Positions 1-9,822 of a DNA stretch of 64,000 bases are shown piece by piece. Positions within the stretch are counted from its first letter, which is position 1. Each line of letters begins with the position of its first letter. The notes beneath the pieces were generated by a model. The model did no database searches, had not been told where the DNA came from, and saw only the letters and a list, made by a program, of their open reading frames with translations. Source of the stretch: Lama glama (taxonomy: Eukaryota); contig CM052851.1 of the NCBI GenBank assembly GCA_028534125.1, positions 2,294,001 to 2,358,000 on the forward strand. Direction: 5' to 3'. The position numbers were made by a program, and so were the translations under genes.

Positions 1-659
1 TCTGCCCTCCTGCTGGCTGCCCTGCTGCCCGTGGGCCCAGGCACCCAGGTCCACGGGCACATTCCTAGAGCCCCATCCACCACCCCTTTTCACAAAGGCA
101 CATCCCAGTAGGGCCCAAGGACTCCTTTCTAGACATGATGGGTGCGTGAGCAGGCCCCTCTTTCTGCAGCTGGGGACCCAGGTCAAAGAGTGACAGCCTG
201 CCAGGATGTGCAGACCTGGCCTGAAGCATGTCCCTGACTCTGGGGTCTGCCTCCGCCCTGTCACCTGCTACTGCTGCCCCCTGTCCCCTCCGGCTTTCCC
301 TCCGCCCCCTCCGAGCTCCAGCGTTAAGCCCCACCCACCCTCCCTGCAGTCCGGAGGTTGGTCCGGGCACACTTGCTGTTTCCCTTCATTTCTGCACCCA
401 CTCCCCACCCTACTCAGGCTCTGAGGGGCGCCCTGTCCTGGGGAACCTGTCCCAGCCCTGGAGCTCCCCTTTGAGTCCTGCCCTGAGCATCTGCAGGGCT
501 CCATTTCCTCACTTTTGTCACTGAAAGACTAATCCCTCCATCCAAGGGATGGTCTTGGAGGGGAAACCAGGAGGAGTTTGTCAAAGGGCACAGGGTTACA
601 ACTCCGCAGGAGGAATGAGTCCCAGAGAGCTGCGTCCAGCACAGCGCCTGCATGGAGGC

Positions 660-860
660 TTCAGAAGTTGCTCAGAGGGTAGATCTTATATTACATGTTC
701 TTATCACAAAATAACTGAGGATAGGAAATTTGTGGAGGTGATGGATGAGTTCACATCATAGATTGTGGCCGTGGTTTCACAGCTGTGCACCTTCAGACTC
801 ATCAAGATGTATACATGATGTACAGCTTCTTGTAACTCAAACAATCTATTAAAAAATTTT
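660..860 (+). mobile_element. Old L1 3' UTR fragment (L1MA/L1MB-like)
   Basis: ttgctcagagggtagatctt...ggaggtgatggatgagt...gattgtggccgtggtttcaca resembles the mammalian-wide L1 3' end and ends A-rich. Confidence 0.7.
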
Positions 861-1694
861 AGAAGAGATGCTATTAGAGAAATCTTGTAGCTCCCGCCTG
901 GCACAGAGTTAGTCCTCATGAAGTGCTGGGGACTGCTTCTCTCTCCAAATAGATCGGAGGTTTGAATATTTTAGGAATCATGAAAGACTCGAGGGTCTGG
1001 TGAAAGGAACTGACCCTCTTCCCAAGAAAAAGGAAATGTGCATTTGTATAAGGATTCAATCGAACTGCAGCGTTTCCATCAGTCTTTGTTCAGGGAGTGA
1101 AGAGCTCAGACGGCCCCCAGCAGAGCCACGTGTGTGCCAGCCAGTGGCTCTGACCCCACGTGGGACGGACAGGACTGCGCAGCACAGAGGGAGGACTCTG
1201 GGCAGGAGCCCATCAGTCTGACTCCCCTGCCCCAGCTCCCTCCCCGGTGAGGACTCCACCTGGTTCCCAGCAGGGCATCACCTGGTGCTTCCGGGGAACT
1301 CGGGGAGGGCAGGGGGATGGAGATTACAGGCAGCTAAATTAGTCGCCTCACACTCCGCATCCATCCGCGTCCTGTGAATCTCCAGAATTTGATGTTTCCT
1401 GACTTCCTGAGAATCAACCCCACCTTGCAGATGCAATGCTTTAAAATGCCGAGGGTACTCAAACACGTATCTTAATTAAATAGGTCAAATATTTCACTTC
1501 GTCGACAAATGGAATCCTCCTTTGGCCACTTGTGGCTGTTCTGCGAAATTAGATTTCACACTCGCGTTTAAACGATTTAAAAAGCATTTCATTATGAAGC
1601 AGAGTCTAAACTGATGTGCATCGGGATGAAGGGTCAGAGCCAGCCATCGGTCCTTCTGTGGCTTGCTTCTGCCCTCCCTCCCCCTCCTGCTCGT

Positions 1695-1803
1695 GGGGGC
1701 GGGGCAGGACGGGGCGGGGCGGGGGAGGGCAGGGCTGGGGGCGGGACTGGGGGCGGGGCAGGGCGGGGCGGGCTGGGTAGGGGCAGGACGGGGCGGGGGA
1801 GGG
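1695..1803 (+). repeat. G-rich GGGGC/GGGCA low-complexity tract with multiple GC boxes; G-quadruplex potential
   Basis: More than 15 runs of 3 or more G with short spacers; several GGGGCGGGGC motifs. Confidence 0.85.
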
Positions 1804-2138
1804 TACACCAAGGCAGCAGCAACCATGCCCCCCCATAGAATCACGTGGTCCGTCCTCCCCCAGCCCTCATTCTCGAATTCCAGCTCGAGCTCCTTAAGCG
1901 CTTCCTCTGCGACAGGTGACAGGCGGAAACCTACGCGCCCTGTTGCGTAGGCGTTCGCTGCTCTCACGAAACAGATATTTATCCCCTCTTTTATGTGTCC
2001 CACACTTTTCTAGGAGTTTGGAGCACGTCGGGTTCAAAGGGACTAAGATTCCTTTCCCAGCAATACACCTGATGGATAGGTAGGTTACCGAATACATGGG
2101 TAAATTCTCAAAAAGGGGTAGCCATAGGAAAGGAGAGG

Positions 2139-2250
2139 GCTGTGTACCGAATGTGTCCCCTCACGATCCATCCGCTGAAGCCTTGCCGGCCCCCCATGTG
2201 ATGGTCTTAGGAGGCGGGGCCTTTGGGAGGTGATTACATTCGATGAGGTG
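2139..2250 (+). mobile_element. MaLR LTR 5' fragment (MLT1A/B-like)
   Basis: gaatgtgtcccc...atgtgatggtcttaggaggcggggcctttgggaggtgatta matches the MLT1A-type 5' end. Confidence 0.75.
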
Positions 2251-2309
2251 GAATTAGGAGGACCTGGCGTGCACACTGGGCTCAGGTGGCACGTTAAATG
2301 GAGTGTGAG

Positions 2310-3372
2310 GGGAGATGTCATGGAGGAGGTGACGTGTGAGCACAGGCTGTGAGGCTGTGTGGGGAAGAGCATTCCAGGCAGAGGAACAGCCAGTGCAAAC
2401 TCTAAGGTGGACGGGTGCGTGGGAAGCTTGGGGAAGGGCCAGGGGCCTGGGGCTGAGTGAGTTGGGGAATGGATGGAGGGGGGTGGGGTCAGGGAGGACA
2501 TATCGGGGTGGGGGCTCTGCAGGTCCCCTCAGACTCGCAGGCCTTTGCAAGGACCTTAACTTTTACCCAGAGAGAAACAAGGAGCTCTACAGGGCTTTGG
2601 GCGGAGTCCCATGATGTGACATATGTAAATAATGACACCAAGGGCTGTGTCACACAGAGCCACGAGGGCAGGAGTAGGAGCAGGGGCTGGCGGGGAGACC
2701 ACTACAACGGCCCAGGCCGGACCACAAGGCAGCTCGGCTCCAGGAGGCAGCAGTCGGGGGCTGAGAAATGTGACTGCAGCATTTATCTTGAAGGCAGAGT
2801 TAACCACTCTGGACAAATCTGCTGTGGCTGCAAGAGAGACGCTCCTGGACAGATCTGTTGTGGACGTGAGAGAGATGTGGGGTGCTACCACCTGAAAACT
2901 TGGAGGTGCCAGCGCCCAGGACGGAGCAGACTTGGAGGGACAGTCAGGAGCTGGGCTGGGGTCCCTCGGAGCTGGAGATGCTGTGGAATCCAGGAGGAGA
3001 TGGGCAGGTGGGTGAGCAAGTCTGGAGGTTGGGAGGGAGGTCTGGGCTGGAGACCAGGTTGGGATTGTCGGCACACCGACGGTGTTGGGAGCCGAGGCCT
3101 GGATGTGGACAGCACGGAAGTGATGTGGACGGGAGAGGGCAGGGCCAGGCTGGGTGGTTCCAGCTTTAAGAGGAAGGAAAGAAGAGGAGGCCGGGGGAAA
3201 GGAGGCCAAGAGGGGGCAGCCCGTGGGGTTGGATGGAAACAGGCTGATGGCATCCTGGGAGCCCAGGAAGGAGGGGCAGGGGTCACCTGACCACACGCTG
3301 CAGAGCCAGACAATAGGGACTGAGAGCCCCCTGGCATCTGGTAACTCGGAGGTCACTCGGTGACCTTAACAA
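2310..3372 (-). mobile_element. L2 LINE remnant
   Basis: ggaagagcattccaggcagaggaacagc and ggtaactcggaggtcactcggtgacctt are reverse complements of characteristic L2 segments. Confidence 0.8.
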
Positions 3373-3436
3373 AAATTCTTTCGATGGGCTCCTCTGGTCC
3401 TCCCAGCCATCTTGGGAGCTACGGATGGTCACTCAG

Positions 3437-3485
3437 CACCTTACAGCTGGGGAAACAGGCTCAGAAGCGTGGTCAAGTTCCCACC
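3437..3485 (-). mobile_element. MIR core fragment
   Basis: ccttacagctggggaaacaggctcagaag resembles the MIR core (ttttacagatgaggaaactgaggctcagag). Confidence 0.5.
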
Positions 3486-5005
3486 AGGGATCCAGGCAGG
3501 TGGGGTCTGCGAGTCTGCCACTAGGTAGGGTCAGGGCCTACGGTCCAGGTCATGGGTCCCAAGGCCTAGGTGGCCAGTGAGGCAGGAAAGGGGCCCAGGC
3601 TGAATCCAGACAGGGCCAGGCCTTCAGTCCTGGGCAGCCCCTCTGTTCACGGTGGTCAAGGGGACAGTCAGGTCCCAGCAGGGCCCCGGCCTCCCCGTTA
3701 GGAGACAGAGTCCCCTGGGCAGGTCTGGCTGGCGCTTCTGGGCCTGTGCTTTGGGGGGCATGGCTGGAAGGGTTTGCCTAAAAATACAGGATCAAGGGAC
3801 ACAGAGGTCGTCCTGTTGAGTGGGGTGCAGAAACAGCCCTGGGGGTGCAGCCTGGGGCGTCTGTGCTGCCCCGCGTGGTGCCACCTGCACCGGTGGAGGG
3901 CTGCACCTGCCCTGTCTGGGAGCGAGGGCAGACTCAGGCAGGGAACCAGGGGCCCACGTGCTCAACTTCAAAGTCAGAGGCCGCAAAACAGAATCCGATT
4001 TGCAGGTGAAACCTCACCTGTTGAAGGTGTTTCCCTGCAGGACGCAGACCAGCAGCAGCAGCAGAAGCAAGGGGTTTGGACACCAGATCGGTGGCCCCTG
4101 ATGTAACCACCCACCCGCCCCCGAGGGCTGGAGCTCAGGGAAGGAAATAGCACATCCTGCAGCATGTGGTGACCACAGGTCCACGTCCATACCTGCCCTG
4201 TGGACTCCCAGGGGTGCGGGGGACCCGAGGGGCCACCACCCCTGCAACTCACAGTTTTCTGAGCCTCCAGGCTTGCATACCTCCCAGGCCAGGAAACTAA
4301 CTACCTGAAGGGCACCATTGACTGTCACCGAGCTGTGAGCAGGAAGGGCTGGGAGCAGGTCTCCCCGGGGGTGCCTAAGGCAGCCTTCAGACCCTCCCCT
4401 TTTATCCTTTCTCAGATGCTGCACCTCTGTAATGACAGATGGAGACAAAGGCCAGTAGAAGGGCCGTGTGTCTGCTAGGCACTCTGGGAGGAGGACACAC
4501 AGGGCCTTTAACATCCCAAGCAAGCAAGTCAGCAGTAAGTCACAGCCCACGTTTCCCCGCCCTCCTTCACGCTCCCCCAGGCCTGGGCCAGCCTCTCCCG
4601 CCTTCTGAGTCCTGTTCACCCAGGAGCTCGGCTGTGCTGCCGACACATCCGTTCCTCTGTCCGCGGGCGCCCCTCAGGCGGCCGGTCGCCTCTGATTTGT
4701 AATTTAATGGTGCTGAAACTCAGAACATCCTTGTGCTTAGCAGGAACATGGCTCCTTCCTGGCCCTTCCCAGAGCTGAGAGCAGCATTGCCAGATGGAGG
4801 CGTGGCTTCCGGGGAAGCCAGACCCCGGTGGACCTGTGGGGTACAGGCAGGCTTCCTGGGGAGAGATGGGCGTGGGCCTAATCCCCAGGGACTGCCAACG
4901 CCCCCAGCAGCTGGTGCTCCGCGTGCCTGAGCCCAGGACGCCCTTCCTGGTCCCGTGGGGTCCTGGTGCAGTAACCTGAGAGAACAGGAGCGGGGAGGAG
5001 GGGGC

Positions 5006-5440
5006 TGCAACCTCTGTGTCCCGGCTGCCGGAGCAAAGCCCCACAGACGGGGCGGCTTAAACACAGACCTTTGTCTCTCACAGTCTGCAGGCCAGAGTCT
5101 GAAGTCGAGATGTCAGCGGGTGGGGGGCTCCCTCCGAAGGCTCCGGGGGAGGGTCCTTCCTGCCTCTTCCAGCTTCTGGGGCTCCAGGCGTCCCTGGGCT
5201 TGCGGCCACATCCCTCCAGTCTCTGCCCCATCCTCGCGTGGCTCCTCTTTCTGGCGCTGAGTCTCAGATCTGCCTCCGGTTCTCTTATGAGGACACGTAA
5301 GGGCCCACGGAGCTAATCCAGGGTGTTCTCACCGCAATATCCTTAATTTAGTCACACCGGCAAAGCCCCTTTTCCCACACAAAGTCACACTCACGGGTTC
5401 TGGGGAGCAGGACGCGGACTGGAGGGCCGTGGGGGCACCC
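5006..5440 (-). mobile_element. MaLR solo LTR (MLT1C-like)
   Basis: gcttaaacacagacctttgtctctcacagt...cttcctgcctcttccagcttctgg...atccttaatttagtcacacc; near full-length reversed MLT1C. Confidence 0.85.
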
Positions 5441-5559
5441 TTCCCCACGCCTCTTCTTTACCTGTCCCCTGAGCGCTGCCGGTCGTCCACGGCGGCGCCA
5501 GCTCCCCGCCCGTTTTCCTCTGCTCCTTCTGCTGCGGAGGCCGCCCGTCTTGAGGTTAC

Positions 5560-6545
5560 ATAGAACCTGAACGCCAATGCCTCCCATTTCTCTCCTCACC
5601 ACCGCCCCACCCCCACCCCATGCTGTGTTCCAAGAGGTGTCTGAGCATCTTCCTCCCGATCTCTCCACGGGGCGGCCCTCCGGGGCCTCTACCCTGGAAT
5701 TCCCCCTGGAACCCTGACTTCCCTCCTGCCCCAGGCTCAGCCCTCTCCCGAGGTGCCAGACCATGGCCTCGCCACCGCCCCCCCTACCCCCGGCCCCTGC
5801 TGGCCACCTCCTCCCCTTTCTCTTTCTTCCTTACTTCTCGCTGTCCACCAAATGAACCCCAAGCCGGTCCATCCGGGGACCTTCCTCTCCCCTTCCTCAG
5901 CCCCCACCACTGCCTCCTGGACTTCTGCCAAGACTCCCAGCAGATCCCCTGCCTCCCTCTGCTCCCGCTGGTCCAGCCTCTACAGAACGGGGACCACCAC
6001 TTGTTTAATATGCAAATTAGATTCACTGCCTTCCCATCTTAAAATCTTCAAGAAGCTTCTTGCTCGGGGGAGGGCATAGCTCAGTGGCAGAGTGCTTGCT
6101 GGAGTACTTGTTCGGCATGCGTGAGGTCCCGGGTTCAATCCCCAGGACCTCCACTAACATACACCCAAAAGACGAAGAAGCAGCTTCTTGCCACTCTCAG
6201 AATATAGTCCAAACTTCTCCCTGTGCCTGTCGGGCCCTGCGGGACCCTCGCCTCCAACACTGCTGGTTTAATCTTGCAGTCGATTCCCCCAACACCCATG
6301 TCCTGCCTCTGTGGCCTCCTCACAGGCCAACCTCATGGCCTTTGCACAGACGTTCTGCCTGTAGTGCCCTCTCCACACCCCGTGCCGTCTCCCTGATACT
6401 CAGCCCCACTGAAAGATGCCTCACCCAAAAGCACCACCCTGTCCCCATCACTGCTTTGGTCCTTACCTGTCATCAAAGGCAGTGGTGACAGGTTTCTTGG
6501 CATCCTTGCAAGTGAATGAGTGAGTGCACACAGCTGAATGAATGA
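5560..6545 (+). mobile_element. L2 LINE 3' remnant, interrupted by a SINE
   Basis: aatatgcaaattagattcactgcc...ctcagaatatagtccaaact...ggcctttgcacagacgttctgcctgtagtg, plus a tgaatgaatga-like tail. Confidence 0.7.
6066..6178 (+). mobile_element. tRNA-Ala-derived camelid SINE (Vic-1-like)
   Basis: A box tagctcagtgg, B box ggttcaatcc; TSD agaagcttcttgc (6051-6063) / agcagcttcttgc (6179-6191). Confidence 0.9.
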
Positions 6546-6689
6546 TGCCCATGGGTGACACAGTGACAGTCAGAGTGTCCAGCGCAGAGCCAGGCACAGC
6601 CGGTGTGGAGGAGTCCCAGATGGCCCCGTGACGAGACAGCTCCTGGGAGTCAGGACCGGGACTGTTCAATGTCTGGCATTCAAGGGAGC

Positions 6690-6892
6690 CGCTGTGGAAG
6701 GTCTGCTGAAGTCTAACCCCAGTGCGCGCTGGTGTGACCTGATCTGGCAATGGGATCTTTGGAGATTTGACCGAGATGAAGTCATCTGAGTGGTCCCCGA
6801 TCCGATACGACCAGTTTCCTTGTAAGAAGTCAAGCCAGGTGAAGACACAGAAACACGGGGAGAACAGCAGGTGAAGACAGAAGCTGAGGTGG
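6690..6892 (+). mobile_element. MLT1B/C LTR, 5' half
   Basis: gaagtctaaccccagt...gtgtgacctgatctggcaatgggatcttt...gtgaagacagaagctgagg; continues at 7456. Confidence 0.75.
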
Positions 6893-7455
6893 TGACACAG
6901 GGAAACGGGGCGCGAGGGGATGGCTGTGTCCCAGATCTCCACTGAGTCCCTGGGACGCGACCCGCCAAATGAGGGTCCTTGACTTCGTGCAGGAAAGAAT
7001 TCAAGAGCAAGCCCAAGTAGAGTGAAGGTGGATTTATTTAGGGAAATGCACGGGCGGGGGCGTTAAGATAAAGGCAAACACACAGTCCTAGACAGAGAGC
7101 CGGCGTCTCAGAAGGCAGGAGAGGGGCCGCGAGGTGCGGTGCCGCTAGCTTTTATACGATAACGAGTGGAAAGATTATTCCGACTACTTTGGGGGAGGGG
7201 CAGCGCTTCCCAGAAACTGGGCCCCTGCCCTTTCTTTGCTCTGTCACGGTCAGCCTCCGAACCGTCCCGGCACCTGTGGGTGTGCCATTCACCACGCCAG
7301 GACGTTACAATGTGTGTAATGGAGCCCAAGGTCCCCTGGAGGGCCAACCTCCCGCTATCCTGGGCCTCCAGGTCTACTGGGGGGTGACTTTTCTGCCATC
7401 TCGGTGCTAACTGCTGTTACTCCTCCAGTGGTTGTGCCCCGGCCCCTTCCCTCCA
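6893..7455 (-). mobile_element. ERV1 solo LTR, MER41-like
   Basis: TG...CA termini; gagggtccttgacttcgtgcaggaaagaattcaagagc...agtgaaggtggatttatt resembles reversed MER41; minus-strand AATAAA (7033-7038) and TATAAAA (7150-7156); splits an MLT1C; TSD not clear. Confidence 0.7.
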
Positions 7456-7665
7456 AGGGAGGGATGCAGCTTCACGCGGAGGGATGCCGGGGGTGGCCGG
7501 CAGCACCAGGCGCTGGGGGGGGGGGCCTGGAACAGAGCCTCCCTTGGGCCTCAGAGGAAACCAGCCCTGCCGACGCCTTGACTTCTGGCCGCTAGACTGT
7601 GAGTCAGTAAACTTCTGCTGTTCCAAGCGTTCCGTTGGTGGTCACCTCCGGTGCCGCCCAGCGCA
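7456..7665 (+). mobile_element. MLT1C LTR, 3' half
   Basis: ggaacagagcctccc...gaggaaaccagccctgccgacgccttgacttctggcc...gactgtgagtcagtaaacttctgctg. Confidence 0.8.
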
Positions 7666-8080
7666 CAGCCTCCGGGAAGTGTCCCCGCTCCCGCTGCCCT
7701 CCCTCAGCACCCTTCCTCCACGGCCAGAAAGCGCCCACCGGCCCGCTTCTCTTCCTGGCTGGCCTCACCCCGTTACCCAACCCCGTGGTCTCCCCCAGCC
7801 CAGGGAGCCCGCCGCGACCTGCTCGGGTGCGAGGTGAGGCGTCAGACCCCCGAGCCGGGGCCGGCGCGGGGCCCAATCGCAGGCCGCGTGGCGCGGCGGC
7901 CCGGCCCCGGGGCCGCAAGTCAGCCGCGCGGCGTTCGCTTCCTGCTGGTGGTCGGCACACCTGCGCCTGCGTGTTCGCACTGGGCTTCTGCGGATCTCTC
8001 CCTGCAGGGCCACGTGGGCTCCGGGAGATCGATCCGGCGTTCCAGCTGAGCAGCCCTTCCTCCCAGCCTTCCCGGAACCC
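7650..8080. promoter_or_regulatory. Small orphan CpG island, candidate promoter or enhancer
   Basis: Dense CpG; CCAAT 7873-7877, ETS-like CTTCCTG 7938-7944, NRF1-like TGCGCCTGCGTG 7962-7973, GAS TTCCCGGAA 8069-8077. Confidence 0.55.
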
Positions 8081-9786
8081 TCCCCCGCCCCACCCCTTCC
8101 TCCCTGGCGCCCATCTGCCAGGGCTCCTCTCTCAGCCAGCAGCCCTGGCCGTGGCCTTTCATATCCAGCTCCTTACTCAGGGTCACCGCTGGGGGGACAC
8201 AGCCGCCCTGAGTCCTCCCTGCACTGGCCTTTCACCTGCTCCCAGCCTCCTTCTCAGCTCTGGTGTCCCCAGTATCCGCCTCCCTCAGCCTGGGCCCTGG
8301 GGCACGTGTCAGTGAGCAGCCACCTCCCACTGACCACTTTCGGGGACGAGAGTGGGTGGGGGTGACCGCCTCCCAGCACACCACGTGCTGTCTGCAGTGG
8401 AAGGACGGAAAATGCTGCAAGACCGAGAACGGCAGGTGAGTTCACGCGGCGCTCCTGCGCAATGTGCCCGCAGCACAGGAATCTACTGGTTTTGTTTATT
8501 CGTGTTGGTCTCCCCTCTGCTCCCCTCCCCTCTGCCCAGCCCAGCCCTGTGCACCCGCAAGCCCAGGGCAGGAACCAGAGATCGCTGGGTGTCAACAGGG
8601 ACCGCTCTGGAGATAAGGAGCTCAGGCCAGGTGCCCCAGCCGGGGGTGGGCGAGCGGAGAGGCACCGCTGCCCAGACTGGGAAGAAGCTGGGGGCCGGAT
8701 GTGGTTGGATTCTCCATTTGGGCCTCCCCAGAGCCCTGCCCTGAGCCCCTCAAGTCCAGCTCTGGGGGCCGCAGCCCCTGACGTCTATGTGACCCGGGAG
8801 TTGGGTTGGGGGAGGAGGTGTCTCAGCCGGGACAGAGGTTGCTCTGTCCACCGGCAGCCCAGACGGGAGGTCCTGCTGGCACTGGGGTTGATTTAAAGTC
8901 AGTGAAGACCTGTGACCTCCTTCACACTTCTGGGCTAAGACCCAGCTCTGCTGTGGGTGGAGGGAAGGACAGGTCAAAACACAAGGAGGCATTTCGCCCC
9001 TCAGCCCACCGACGGGGCTTGACAGAGGCCGACACAGCCGCTGAGGTAAGAAGTCCTGGAAAACACCCTGTGGAAGAGCCCAAGTTCATGCTCCACACTC
9101 AGAACCCCCCGCCCGGGGCCTTTCCCGGGAGACGGCGGCTTGGGTGGTCCTGCTGTTGGGAGGCACCGAGTCGGGGAACCAGGATCGGGTCTGCAGGCCT
9201 CTGCCTGGGGCCCGGTGGGGTTGGGGCCGAGGGGCTGGGAGCAGAGGCAGAACTTCGAGAACCCCTGAGCCCAGTGAGTGCCAGGCCAGCTCAGTAAAGC
9301 AGTTAATTATACCCAGCAACAAAGACGTCCTCTCAAATCAGTGGTTTCAGAGCTTAATTCCACCACAGTCACCGGCGTCGGACGTGTCCAATCTGTGTGG
9401 CCTGGTTCATGTGACAACCATTTAAAAGCTTGGTAACGTTGAGGTCACTGTGTAGTTTCCAGCCTTGTCGCCAAGATGCATTTGCACATCAGACTTTAAT
9501 TTCTTCCAGAGAGGCTGTAACTCACTACAGCGGTCAGTACCTAGAAGGGAGAATTCACCTTCCACGTGGCCAAAGGCTCACCAAAAACTGTCAACACAAA
9601 AAGACAAAAGATGATCCGATCACCCCACCGGTGGTCCCACTGGACGACCAAAACGAGAGCCACTAGGTTGCGTGCAGCCACCGCCTTGTCCAGCACTGTC
9701 TCCGGTCCTCAGATGGCCTATGATTGGGGGCACTGATGACACACACTTAGCCTATAGCCTGACCCTGGAGGCCCCCGTAACCGTAT

Positions 9787-9822
9787 CCTGGGTTCAATCC
9801 CCAGTACCTCTGTGAAAAAAAA
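9787..9822 (+). mobile_element. 5'-truncated Vic-1-like SINE
   Basis: tcctgggttcaatccccagtacctc followed by an A tail. Confidence 0.7.

Noticed and set aside
2457-3356. Overlapping 277-aa and 266-aa ORFs
   Set aside because: They lie entirely within a degenerate L2; low-complexity G/R/P/S composition; no recognisable domain
4049-4063. (CAG)5 polyglutamine-like repeat
   Set aside because: Too short to be meaningful without an established exon
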